A stretch of DNA of 64,000 bases from Raillietiella orientalis (lineage: Eukaryota): assembly GCA_036172245.1 (NCBI GenBank), contig JAYWIR010000026.1, forward strand, positions 2,790,001-2,854,000, written 5' to 3'. Every line of letters starts with the position of its first letter. Position 1 is the stretch's first letter. Below, one piece after another: positions 12,501-26,033 of this stretch. The notes under the pieces were generated by a model, which searched no databases, was not told the origin of the DNA, and worked only from the letters and a program-made list of their open reading frames with translations. The position numbers were made by a program, and so were the translations under genes.

Positions 12501-14316
12501 AGAACAATAGGTATTCGAAATGAGGAGTACACTGATACACCGAGTTGACTCCGACCTGATGGCTTGGAAGCGAAATGAGAGTCAGGTGTGCTAAATCGCT
12601 GACCTGATAAAGATTAAAGAATTTGAGCTTTTGTAGAAAGCTACGGTGATGTGCGCCAGAAGTTGCAGTCAAGTGAGTTTTGCAAATGATGGCAAGCAAT
12701 GGTGGAGGCAACAAAAATTTACCTGATACCTATTCTACCACCAGTGCTGCATGATGACATTCTATTACTGATCAATTAGATTTTGTGTTTTTCCAAAACA
12801 CCGAAAAATAATGCGCAATTACATGGTATGGGAAATACATGGCTTCTTGAGAAGAGAGACCAGAAGAAACTATGAATTCCACAGCGACAGTTCATCAAAA
12901 CATTTCAACATAACATATACTGATAAGATACAGCTGGAGACAGTGAGCCCTTCAACTTGATTTTTTTGGTTCTAGGCTCATTCCTCAAGAAAATATCTGA
13001 GAAAAATTCACCTGAGATGTAAATAGGAATCACATGCATGACAACATACTAAACAACAGAAGCCTCAACTAAAAAATCTAGATTGAGGTTAAAGAGTCAT
13101 GTCACTACACTTCTTCAAATGATAGTCACATTACCATCCAAAACACGTGCACTTCATGCAATGGGGTTTGGAAGTCTCATGATTGAATTAGCTGACTTCT
13201 TTCTTAAAACCATGAAACCATTTGTAAATACTTTCACACTCGCTAGCATGACTGCACTCTTAGCCCGAATGCCCACAGAAAAATACCCAGGAATACACAT
13301 GACGGCTTTCCTTGCAGATGTCCTAATAGATGACACGATGTAGAAACGATGGATCCCCCGTACCTTGATATACAATTTCTTCTTCCTATGTAGGAGAATT
13401 TCACATCACTGTGACTGTTCAATAAGGCAGGATCGACTGTTTCAATACAATAAAATGCTTGCAAAAAGCAACCAAGGATTCAGTGCGGAACTAGTTGCTG
13501 CCTTTAGTCTTTGCGAAGATTTCATTACAGTTAGACGCAAAGATCATATGGATTGCAATGCTGTAATAGACGACCTCCACAGGTAAAATTAGTTTCACTG
13601 CTTTCTCTCGTTTTCCCTATCTTTTGTTTATTCTTTTCCAACATACTTTTTTTTTCACCGCCACTTTTTTTGACACCTTTCAATGTTCGAGGACACTAAA
13701 AAGGGAATCCAGAAACATCAAGAAGGAAACAGCCTTCTTGCAATCGCACTCGGAGTCTTTTCCCACGCGCGTGAAAATGGATAGAAGTGCTTCCTGAATT
13801 AATTTAATTTGCTCAGGAAGCACGCAAACTTAGAAAAGCGGGAAGTTCCCAACAGCGATCTAAAGGACACTGGCGTAGGTCGCTTCTTCGCCTTTGAACA
13901 TAAGCGAGAAGCCCATGTGCCTCTGCTCAGGGTTCTTGCTTGCGATCTTCTCCCATCAGCTGGTGAAGAATGAAGTACCAATAATCGCTTCCTTGTGTCT
14001 CCTTTTTTCATCGCCATCATGTGATTTTATTCATAGTTCATAGAAAATGGCAACTGGTTTTCCGCATAATAAACGGTTTGTACTATAACTTCCTGATCTC
14101 ACGGTGGACGTCCAGATGAGAATTACTACGAGTAGTCATGTATCTCTGCCAGAGAGTCAGAAGTTGCGGACTTCGACTCTAGGACGACTTCCGAAGAAGC
14201 ACCAGTTCATATATGCTGCGAAATGGACAATGCACATCCAGTGAGATACTTATGAGATTAAACCCATACTTCGAAAAAAATGCTACGCGATACTGGCCTT
14301 CAATGATGAGATTACC

Positions 14317-15703
14317 TCTATTACATCCGGATATGCCAGGGCATTTATTTTTGAAAAATAAAAATACACTCAATTTTCGCGTGGCGAACCCAAAGGCTCA
14401 CAGCTTGCTGCTTGCCGGTGCTGGGCCGGAGAGGTCCAATCGACGCGCAGGGATGGGCATAAAAAACAAAAGAAACAAAAAGTTCAAACGTGGGAGGGCA
14501 CTAATGTTTTGGGGATGGGAGGGCGGGGAAGGGATCACAGTGCGCGCGGAGAGGTCCTCTAGATCCTGTTCAGGATCCTCACAAGCTGCGTCCTATCTGC
14601 GCCCCAATAGCGCCACTTGAAGATGTTCCTTACAAAAAGGCGGGTCCAATGTAAGGCGTTGCTGCTGACCTGACTCCTGGTGGTGTTCCAAGCCACCACG
14701 ATCCCTCGAATGCATCAGCGAACTGCTACACTAGCGGATGGGACAAAGCGTCACGAGAGAAGTGCCGCCTAAAAACGTCCTTAGGGGCGCCTCCGCGAAT
14801 GGCAATGATCGCCGCAAGACGATCCCAGAGAGGGCGGATGGCACTGCATTCTACATGAAGGTGGGGGAATGTCTCTTTTTCCTCGCACCGGTCGCACTGG
14901 GAATCCACAGCCCGCCGTGTCCAGTGAGAGAGGCGTGCTTTGCAGGGTAAATTTCAATGCAAGACAAGCAACGCCGCCTTCTGCCATTTCAAGGGGAGGT
15001 AGCCACTGTTCCGGGACGCTGAGGGCCACTTCATCTCCTCCGGAGATAGTCCGAGTAGCTCGCCCCAGCGTCGAATTCCGTTGGGCGGGACACTCGGCGT
15101 CGCAGCATCCGCTAGCTGCCGAGATGTCTACGCCTTGATCAGTTGTGTCCTGCCGTCAATAGTGCAGGATACTGTTCATTTCCCCTGCTCGCTGCTGTCC
15201 CTAGAATCCACAAGAAAGGGTAGCACTGGGGCAAGGGGAGTAATCAGAGCCCACAGAAGCTGGTCGTGGGACTGCACGATCTCCTGCAGTGTCCAGCGGG
15301 CGTGCCTTTTCAGGCAAGTGTTCTTTGTGCCCACCGAAACGTAGATCTTTTCCCACGTAAAGACTGACTCGTGTAGCCATGCAGAGTAGCTCCCGGGGAG
15401 GCAGGAGATCCAGGCGTTCTCCCGAACCACGACGACTATGCGACGCAAGTGAAAGCCGCAGTGTGCTTGTCTGCGGTCGCGCGCCAAAAAAAACGACGAA
15501 AGTCCGCCATATCCCGAGGCTCGTTGGGCCAGGAGGCGTGCTGCAACGCACCAGGGCGTGTCCTACAGTTCCGCCGCAAGGGCGAGAGTCCTGAATCGAA
15601 GTTGCAATTTCATGCGCTCCAGCGTAAGTAGGCCAAGTCCGCCGTCCTAACGTGGTGCTCACAAGTCTTTAAGACGCACACGGGACTGAGAGATGAGATT
15701 CCC
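14317..15703 (-). mobile_element. 5'-truncated LINE with a 13-bp target-site duplication
   Basis: C-terminal CDRCEEKETFPHLHVEC and AWISCLPGSYSAWLHESV. 3' terminal motif at 14317-14350. TGATGAGATTACC at 14304-14316 and 15704-15716. Confidence 0.9.
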
Positions 15704-18700
15704 TGATGAGATTACCATGCTAGAGGATGGACAAAAGGGACCAAACAGTGACTGACATCATGTCAATGAAGCCTAAAGGGCTTCTAAATCTTAAAGAACG
15801 CATTTTACCTCCCAGATCAACCAGCTTATGGCCAAGATGTTTGTCCTTTGGATGTCAGCAAATGCATCGTACTGGATGTGCCATCACTATGTAAGAGTGG
15901 TGGACAGTGAGAGCAAGGAAAACGCTACCCTCTCAAGGTGGTAATACTTTCCTATCCACTGGTATGTTTCAGACAATGTAGTAAGTTTGACACCTGAACT
16001 CGGCCACTATGGGAGCACGTGTTATATGCAGCCGGTATTCAACACATTGTACCTACGACTAGGGTTGCTTTAGGAGACATTGCCCAGAAACATTGACAGA
16101 AAGGACCAGATGAACTCAGAAGATTAAGGCCAGCACCTGCTCGCTGTCATTGCGACTCAGAGGCGTTTCGGCGCTCACCAGCATCTACCAAATTCACGCT
16201 ATCGCTCTTGCATATCCGAAATGGGGCAAAAAGATCACACCACCGGAAAGGGAAGCAAATGCTAGCAGGCAATCAGTTGTTGCTAAGTAATTGGCCGGAG
16301 AGGGTCGAGCAGATTTTACTGACAAGGACGCGGATTCATTGTTGATCGTTTAAACTCCTACATAAAGAACCGACACCCAAAATCAACGCTGGGGAAATTG
16401 TTAAATTCTCCAACGTCTTCTATAGGATCGAAAAAAAACTTGGATCTAATCTGGGATTTTTCCCGTAGGACCGTTTTTCGGTATGAAGCAGCTAAGCCGC
16501 CTGCTAGAAAGCTGCAAATCACGAAGTAGCATGGTTGAGCTTCGATATGTTCTCCTGAGACGTAAACGCCAGCTGGCTTAACATTATCATTGCACAAGAA
16601 GGTGCTGTTCTGGAAAACATGGCAGCCGAAGTCTGCTTCTCGTAAGGGAGGAGCAGAACTCTGACTTGTGGATAAACAACTGAGAGCACACTTTTCTATA
16701 TGGATGAGTGCCAACTCAGGGATGGCGGAGTCCGATCGCAGTAGAACAAAGAAGGATGTCGAAAACTGCTCACGGGGGCGTCAGAAATTTGTAAGAACTG
16801 GTCGACGTCGAATCTGCAAATGAGTCCACCGCGCACTCGTAAAGCTCATGATGGTTGCATCTGCGAGTGCTGCAGACGGCTCGTAGGAGAGTGATTTGTG
16901 CGTGGTACTTGTACGAATTTCTCACTACACGCTAACACAACAGCTATACTTTCCACATCGTTGAGCGATTTATCCACCAAATTAAGCGCAACTAATGTCA
17001 CACGTTTGGAGGCATATGTTCCAATAATGCATCAAAGAAGAAGATACATGCTCCGTGATCCGAGGCGGTGAGTGGGAGTGTAATCTCCAGCACCATGTCT
17101 GCATTCCAAGCCAATTGTGGACGTTACGGAGGATGGTTTGAATTCACTCGCACGCCACTCATTGCATGGCAATGGCCAAACTCGGTCCACAGAACTAGCA
17201 ACTCATACCACTCGACATCTTATGGAAGGAAGTACATCCCAGAAACATCCGGCACCGTCGGCGACTTCGACAAGACCACTTTCGCCAAATTGATTTGGTT
17301 CACATCAGACTCCGCTTACAAAATCGGCTGTGCAGTCCCCTAAGAAGATGCCGCATACTTTTACAACGCACAACAAACCAACCTCTCCAATACGGATTTA
17401 CAGGCAGCCACCGAGATTACCGTCCAATACGGATTGTTCCAAGGTAACAAAAACACGTGTCACCTATCCAATTACCAAGAATCTAGCGAATTATTTGACC
17501 TCCACACGTTATCGTCAAGGCAAACTGGGACCAGGACATCTGCAGACCATCCGGTGGCTCATGGATCATCAGACTACAGAATGACAAACTTCAGCGTGCA
17601 AGGCAACAGAGAAATTGTCCTTACAGCAAACGTAGAACGTAGAACAATAACGCAGAACATGTTAAACCCCCAATTAACGAATAGCAAATAAACCATCAAC
17701 ATTTATGAGAAGACCCACTTCCAGCCAAGATTCTGGGGGCAGCGGCTGAATAAGATCTGCATTTCAAATACAGCACCTCAAATACGTTCGTATACTTGAT
17801 CAAATGATACGTACCAAAGGAGATCTGAGCAGTTAACTCTTTCTCACCTTCTCACTGCAGCCAAAGACACTTCATTGTACGACTCTTCTTGCCACTTTCA
17901 CACATTCTTAACAACTTTACACAAGCACTTGTATGGACTTTAGGGAACCACAAGTACCGCACACGCCCATACTCGTAATCAGTGACGACGACACTTATCC
18001 ATTTGCTTCTTTACATCCTCAAAAGCACCATTTTCTTAACTTATAATATCTTGCTCACAAACTGGACTAGCTAAACAAAAATAATTCCTCATCCCATGAT
18101 AGTCCTTCTTATACGCTTTATTGGTCTGATCAGCAGAAAACACGACAACGGCTCGATAACACGCTCTAAACCACTTGGTTTCATAAGAAAACAATTCCAA
18201 ATCCTTAAAATGCAAATTTTGGATACATTGGCAATGAAGACCCAGGGACGGTTGTAGGCACGATTGCGAAGAATAAACCCAAAATCACCGCTCTCTAGAT
18301 CTTATTTGACACGAATAGCCATAGAATCAAAAGAAGACCACGAACGAACTTGTTAGTAAGTTCATGGAGGTCTACCCAGTGAGAGAACAAAATCCACTCG
18401 TGGACTGTTACCATTAGAAGAACGAGGCAAACCAAAGAGAAGAGAAACGATGTTCTCCTGAAAGACCTCGCCTGAGATCTGCGAATACTAATACGACAAC
18501 AGTTATAAAAAGATGCTGGCCAGAAAATGCAAAAGACACCTAAAGAAAACACATTTCAAAATTCTTCAACCTCAAAGGAAACTCCATTCACATGCAAAGC
18601 TGCAAAAAGGCAGATGCTGCTTTCTGTACAAAGGTGAGGAGCTTCCCATCAGTACACTTTGAGCAAAACAAGCCAGACACACAGACCAGTACGGTGCCAT

Positions 18701-21700
18701 AGTCTTTAAGAAACGGAATTATGTGAGATTTCAAATATCAGGGATCCCTTCAATACTTCTAACTACTCAACGTCATCTTAGTAGCAAATTGGCCTCCAGA
18801 TTAACAAAACGTGTTTGCCAACTTCCGGAGTCGTAACCATAGACTCATCCAAACGAAAACAAATGCCATGGACCATGAATGAAGGAGATATATCATCTGA
18901 AAAAACAGCAACAACCCAAATCAACATTTATTTTCAAACCAATAGCCACTTTTGTATTTAATACTTCATGGAAAAGCGTACTTGATGTTTAAACAACAGG
19001 ACATCTTTTGGATCAAATCAAACAGAGAATTCTCCCCGCGACCATCAGACTTGCACGGCTGCGGAATTAGAGAGCAGCTAAATGCTAAGCTTTTTTCCAT
19101 GCATATTAGGCTTCACATGGCCTTTTTCCGTTTCAAACCAAAGAAACCTCACACGCATGAAATCCTGCGTCTCCCCTCAAAAGGACAACAGGATCTCCAC
19201 ACAATATGTGAGGGCACCGCAGACACGCGAACCAAACCTCTTGTACTTCTTGTTGCGAATCAAACTTGTTTTCTAGTTTCTACAAACTTCCTCGGAAAAA
19301 GTCAATCGGAGCCTCCAACTTTCACATTTCACAGTTTCACCATATGCAACCCTAGACGTGAGGAATGAGACTACAGTAACCGCTTAATTGAACACATTTA
19401 CGATAATGACTAGCAACACGGCTCCTCATTGTACGCCATTTGTACACTGCGTACTGACAACCTATCGCTACCTTCCTTCTTTGTCTGGGGATCAACGATA
19501 TAGTTTCCTTCTTTCGGCAAGACTCGACTTCCTACCAAACTAGAATTCAATAACCATTACTAAACCTGGCAACCTGTTTGACTCCGAACCACGAATTAAC
19601 ATAGAGATAAAGATATTCACAAACCTTCACTGAGCATTTTCACTGATGCTAACGGATATTACCAAGAAATTGAGATACAACGACGTACATGCCTTAAATG
19701 AAGACCAAAGATCAGCTGATCGCAATGCTGAAAAGATCTCGCGCCACCACGCGTAGAAAACAGGCGGCTTCAAAAGACCAGCTGAAAATTGCGAAGCAGA
19801 ACACTTCAGCAGAGGCAGCTATGAAATCACAACGTACACCTGAAGACCAAAGTGTTTCAGAGAACCTTTGCAGAGAGCATCAGAAGGGAGATTTTCCAGA
19901 CACTATGCTAAAAGCACAGTCGCTACTTTTTCAATTGAGAAGATGGGAGTGCATTTCCTTACCGTCACCGCATACCCATGAACATGACCAATCAAAAAAA
20001 AACAATGAAACAGAATTACCAGAAAACTCCATTTAGAGAATTTCCATCATTCCATAATTTCAGAGAATAACATGGAACCAGAACGGTGAAACCGAACAGT
20101 GGGTCCTGGGAAAATCAAACCAAATTCTACTCCAGAAACCAACTTCGTTGAAGAATGCTTTCTAATAACAAAATCATGAATACACAAAAAACCAATGGAA
20201 GGAACAGAATCCCTACATCTAGAGGTTCTCGATACTTAAAAACGGCCATCACGCACGAGTCACCTACTAGATACTTAATCCGCTCGAAACTGCAAGCAAA
20301 ACATTCGCCAAATTTTTCTGACTCAAGTGCAAATTTCAAATGAATGCAGTTATGCAGGAAGATTGATGCTATTCATCTCTGCAACCAACAACTATCACTG
20401 ACTTCACCAGAAACAAAGGCAAAACCGCACAGTACCACTTCCCTCTGAATGTTGCATCACATCCAAAAAGCCACCGGAGGCGCCAAAGAAAATTTTGCGA
20501 CCCATTCATTTGGAATAGGTACTTTGCCAGCATCAAGTTGCGGGCTTTATCTGCTCAGCTTTGCGAAATTCCTTCTAGGCGCTCAGGAGCATTGGATGAG
20601 GTTTTCCTAGAACATCACTCCATGTGAAGCTCAAGAATGGTTTTCAGTGCTATATATTTCCAGAAATAAAAATAAAGCGCCGCCACTACAGCAGCAAACT
20701 AATTGCTGTTACTTGTATCAAGTATTTTAGGAAGCATGCCATTGCCACCAAATCCTAGAACAACGCCTTGCTTGGCTAAAATGTTGACATTCTTCATGCA
20801 AATGCATACCTTTCGACACCTTGACCGAGTTCTGAAATTATTTACCACAGCACGTACAGCACATGAGAAATCCATGCATATCTCGTATTCCAAACTTTGG
20901 CAGGGAGAAAAGGAAGTGAATTTCACAATAGAGTGCCGATGCAATGACCGATTCGGTCCAAACATATTTCATACCGTCCCTACCCCATCCTTCTCACACA
21001 GCATGCAAGTGAGATACGCTCAAAACCCCCGATAATTGTCGATAGAGATGATTAGCAAAATTCGACTCCAGGCAATCCAACTTGGGCCATTGACAGGCTG
21101 ATCCTCCGATGACCATTACACGCAACAGAAAAAGGTTTCTTGCTGTCAGACGACAATTATCTACTTTTTCAAGGAGTTACGAGCTCGGAAAAAGCATCAG
21201 ATGTATCTTGAATTGCATCACCAGCTCCATAGCTTCAAGTGCCACATACGGCGGGAAAGCCAGAGTGACCACTGGTCAACCGATCTTGTTTGAACTACAA
21301 GAATTACGTACTCGCGTCGCCCCGAGACTCCACAGAGCTTCAAAATCCTAAGGAAGACAGCTACGAACTTTCCGTAATTGTGCCCTGCACCGGATTCAAC
21401 CTCTGGTGTTCTCGATCGTTGTCCACGATGCTCAGTCAATTCCCGACTTTTAAAGTCGAAATTTGCCGCCGAATGATAATGCCACAATGAGCATGAAGAC
21501 CAAGCCAGTTTTAGAAGTGTAAGAACATCTGATGTGAGCCAGAAGAAGTGCATAGGCCATATCATCGGTTCAGCCTCTATGGGTGCCGTAGTTATCTTCC
21601 GCTTTTCATCATATAAGGAGTCAAGACGAGGGGACTTCACAGACAGCAGTAAAGAAAGCAGAAGTGGTGCAGCACTTCCCCTCAAGTAAGTGAGAGCGCA

Positions 21701-22220
21701 CGTTCTGCATGATGGAAGCTTCTACCACATATACTCCATTCCCAAGGTTTTTGTTGATGCAACCGCTATGCATCATCAACACTGGATCAACACTGAGCAT
21801 CTGAAGTTATGTAATAGTAATGTAAGCATATCTTATACTAAATACTCTTGTAAAACCAACACCTGCATCACAGAAAGTACGTACATACTTTTGTGCACGA
21901 GCTCTTGGAAGGACAGACATTCCTTAAGAGCACTTTTGACATTAGAAACGCCATTTGACTTTACGACTGATTAAATTGGTCGTATTTTCCAGAAACCAAA
22001 GAGGCACCAGCAAGGAATGAGCGAATTCCGAAAAAAAACGAAATTCGACACTCTGATGATTGCATCTGCTTCGATCCACTACAATTCACACGTGCACCAC
22101 CAACTCAGGCACCACCACCTACACTTATCCAGCACAAAAAGTCCACCTTACCAGCCGTGCTAAATAAACAAAAACGGACGTCTCTTGACACGGGGCTGCG
22201 GTAAGCTTTCCAAGGCTCCG

Positions 22221-24564
22221 CAGCCGACCCAAACCAGCAGACATCAACAGTCTCGAATCCTGTCGAACGATCACATCGAAATTATTCCATGGGAGACTTT
22301 TCCTTCGAAAGAATTGCCACCATTTCAAACGTGCCGAGGAAATACTTCCCGCCTTTGACTGAAAGTCCAAAAACGTAAGGCACTTGCGAGCGCTCGTCTG
22401 GGAGTTCATGACTTTTTCCGACTTGTATCAAAGAAAAAAGAAAATGCACTTCAGCTATCAGTACCCATCCACATGTAACGTGGTCGGCAAACCGTCTGAC
22501 CACTCAAGTCATTTTATTATCTGCATCATTTAACGTGACGTAAGAACAGCAAGGAATTGGGGGCACTCGAAGCACTGCCGATTCACGCAACAGCAAAAGA
22601 GGCTTAACTTACTTGGTCACACCCTTCTCCTTGGTACCTCATCCTCCAGGAAGACTCCAGCACTTGTGCGCTCTGCCAAGGCGCTTCTCGGCACCACAGT
22701 TTTCGGAATAAACTCCGCACCGGTCAGATCTAGCGCCCACTTTGCTCTGCCGTCTTCCGTTCCGTAAAGGAAAACCCGGTCGAGGAAATCGAAGAGTTCA
22801 CACGGCTGGCATCCACCTGGCAACTGACCGCGGCGTCCACCGAAAACAGTCCGCTTTCCAGAGTCACGGCCACATACACATCGTTTCTGTCACGCTGTGC
22901 TTTCTTCTACGCAGTTGGGTCTCACAAAATCCTTGCACGCTCTTCGCGCTTCGGACTGCCCGCTCGAAGAACTTCCAAGCAGCAGAACGGAGGGAGCTGA
23001 AAAGTAAGGGACACGCCAAGAACCTCTTCTAAGAGTGGAAGGAAGCACTTCGTTCATCGTTCTCAATGCAGCCGTGAGAATTTTCATATCCGCGACCACG
23101 CGTCAAGGAAGCTGCTTGCAGCGAGTGGGTGACAGAATAGATTCAGAAGAGGGAAACTCCTTCGGTTGCTAAAGAATACAAGCGCAAATCGAAAAGGAAA
23201 TACATCCATTGCCTTGGTTACGTTGCCAAAGCCTGCGGAACCGCTCTGCCATCTGTGATTCATTCTGAAAAAACGTACTGCAGGAAAGAGGGTGTAATAG
23301 ACGCCACCAGCTAAAAGATGTAAAGAAATGTACGCAGCCAGAGCTATAAGTGATAAGTGCGCATTGAATTTTCTGATGCCTCAGTGGTCATTCCGAATAC
23401 CGGCGGGCATCGGGACCTCGTGCTATGCCCCTTCCTTAAATGGTGCACAAAACAACTAGCCTGACTTCTTGTTTCGTTTTTGTTTAAAAGAAGAGTATCC
23501 GGCGACTTCGGTGTTTTCGCCCTCTGGCGAAATTTCCGTGAAGGAACGAAGTGGTGGCTCGGGACGTAGCGACACCGGTTCAAAAATCCCGCGGAGACGC
23601 AGCCACGAACCCTCCAAACATTCTTCGGCGGCTTCGAAACGGAAGACGGATGGTCGGCGAGAGGACAACGAACGCAGCGGTTGCACACTGGCAAAGAGAA
23701 CCCGATGATGAGGTCGTTGCTGGTGCAAAACGACTCAAAGAGGATATCCGAATGACGGTGTACACTTTGGGCACACCGGAAACTTAGCGCACACTTTGTC
23801 GTCATGCTCCGTGTCGCCAAAGCAAGGAGACGGGCGAGTTCCTGGAGCGAAGACACATCTGGACGTCGGACCATCCCCCGCACTAGCCGTGTTTTCCTCC
23901 TCCTTACCCTTTTCCATTTCCAGAATGGAGCGGCAGCTGAGAGGGGCTTATCAGTCACATCCAGACAGCTGTGTTTGAAGGTCCCTTTAAAGCACTACGC
24001 CGTTGCCAGGCAGAAATTGAAATGCTGCGCCAAGCAGCTTGCAGAGTAAGATGGTCACCGCTTTGGATAAATCAATTGTAAAAAGAATCATTCCGCAGTT
24101 TAAGTTCGAACGATCCGAACCCCGATGGTCTCGGAGCACTGTCCATAACTAGGAGTACTGGGACGAGCTCAGCTGCCCGAGTGGTGATTACAGACGTTCA
24201 AGTCTTTCACACATCCTTCTATAATCTTCATGATAATTAATATTCCATAAAAAATCTATACAGTAATTTATATAATAAGTATTCTTTGCAGAATAAATTC
24301 TTTGGGGAGACTGCCATGTTCGATAGTTAACGACACTGCCTCCTGGAAGCTTACAAAAAGCACGGGACGTCCCTTGGACAAAGTTTTCTTCCTGCTCTGC
24401 CCTTTCGTTAAAGTCGGAATTTCTACTGCTTGCTTCTGGTGAGACGCACGTTGGTCGTCAGTTTTTTGTATAACGCTGTCATATTCGATCGTGGGTGACT
24501 CTGTCTTTCCTCAACGGACCGTCCCCTCTGTACGGATTGCCCGGCATCCAGTGGCGTGGCACTC
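22221..24564. repeat. Right arm of the ~2.3-kb inverted duplication (partner 2036-4370)
   Basis: Reverse complement of 2036-4370, with a small indel near 24531-24539. Confidence 0.95.
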
Positions 24565-26033
24565 TTTAGGTTCCTACTTCTAAAGCTCACACGGGGAGAT
24601 GCTGAGATGTTGCAGAAACTGCTCTGGCTTCGAGGTTAAGATTGTCGGTCCACTTCGGGAACTTTTTTCTGTGGCAGGTGATGGCCCTCTTTGCAGTCTT
24701 GAGAACTCTTGTGATTCATGGGCCTCATTATCGTGTTGTGTGGATTTTTGCATGCCAAGTTCTCCTGCAGGCCTACGAAAGGGGTTGCTGTTTGCTGTAC
24801 GTGGGGCAACTCGGAAGCCATCGCACTCCTCTGGTCACAGCTGAGGTGTCAGGTCCCATGGGAAGCATCATCTAAAGGCAGCTGTTGCTGATCGAAATCG
24901 GATGGGCAAATGCGACCCGAGTTCTCAGCGATAGGACGCGTGCGCAATCGCCTCTCAAGTGCGAAAAATTTCCCTCCTCATGCGCTTCGTCAGCAAGGAA
25001 TGCCAAGTGCTCGCGTGCAGTTCCAACGTTATCTTGCGTCATCTCAGGATTTTGGGGACCTCGTTCAGTTTCCCAAGTGGCAGTAACTCGTCATCTTGAT
25101 GACGAAGCAGATGCTCATGCCCATGAGTCACACCAATCACCTTCGGCAAACCTCCATTGTTTATTGATCTTTATGAGATATTACGCACTAGTATTAAGCT
25201 TCATCTCATGTCATTGATCAAATCAGTACGTTTATTTTCTTCCCATCCAGAACGTGCGGTGAGAGGATTGAATGTATACGCTTTATCGTGTCAGTGCCTT
25301 CCAGCTTTCGTGGCGTTGCCGCTGTCACTCAGATAGGATACTAGAGGCTGTTCATCTGCTCCGTGTGCAATCATGTCATTGCTCACCTCATCTTCTGCCA
25401 CTCCGGTTTAAGAAGCCGCTTGGGACGTTGCTCGCTGATTGATATCTGAGCACAGAGAGCCCAGTTGTTCCAGAGCACTAGCCAATGCTTGCTTCTGGCA
25501 TCAAGTAACGAACGACCCCGCGTTTAACGCGCAGGTTTGCTTTGTCCACGTGATGCTGGGAAGTTCACTGTAGCCAGGCAACCTTGGAATCCAACTGGAG
25601 AGCGCAGCGGTCCGCATTCTCTCGAGTAGCATGCGCCCTAAACCTTTTCTGGAGTTCTCTTGGGGAAGGTTCCTTCCGAAAAGATTCCTGCTTAAGATAG
25701 ACTTCGGCTAGCCTCGAGGTGATTTTTTCTGAGAATACACGACGCAGTAATAGCTCACGACTTTTCCACTAGCTTGCAAAGAAAACTCTCAATTCTGTGA
25801 GTTTTGTTACAGAAATCTTCAAGGTATGGCCATCAAACGATGGACGAAGAGAAGACATCACGTGGCTGTTTCCATCGTTGTCAAAGTCGGTTTCGAAGGG
25901 ACCGTCTTCGGCATATTCACGGAAGTTCTCATACCCCGCGAAGCATCTTATTTCCAGTCTACAGCAGCTCTGTAGATACCTCGCTGTTGATGCCGAGAAG
26001 ATTGTGCCTCGAAGCTGAAGTCACTATGGTTGG

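Noticed and set aside
16380..16720. Parvoviral NS1/SF3 helicase remnant (VGPFFGMK, IIIAQEG, GGAEL*LVDK)
   Set aside because: It needs several frameshifts and has no intact Walker A, so it is too weak to call without a profile search.
20400..20800. Rhabdovirus-like glycoprotein (HQVAGFIC)
   Set aside because: Only a single short motif, with no supporting Cys pattern established.
2036..24564. The inverted arms as terminal inverted repeats of a giant DNA transposon or Polinton
   Set aside because: No transposase, integrase or DNA polymerase B motifs inside, no TSD, and the arm ends coincide with broken LINE sequence.
24565..26030. Possible gene on the minus strand
   Set aside because: Only short open stretches with no recognisable motif or splice model.
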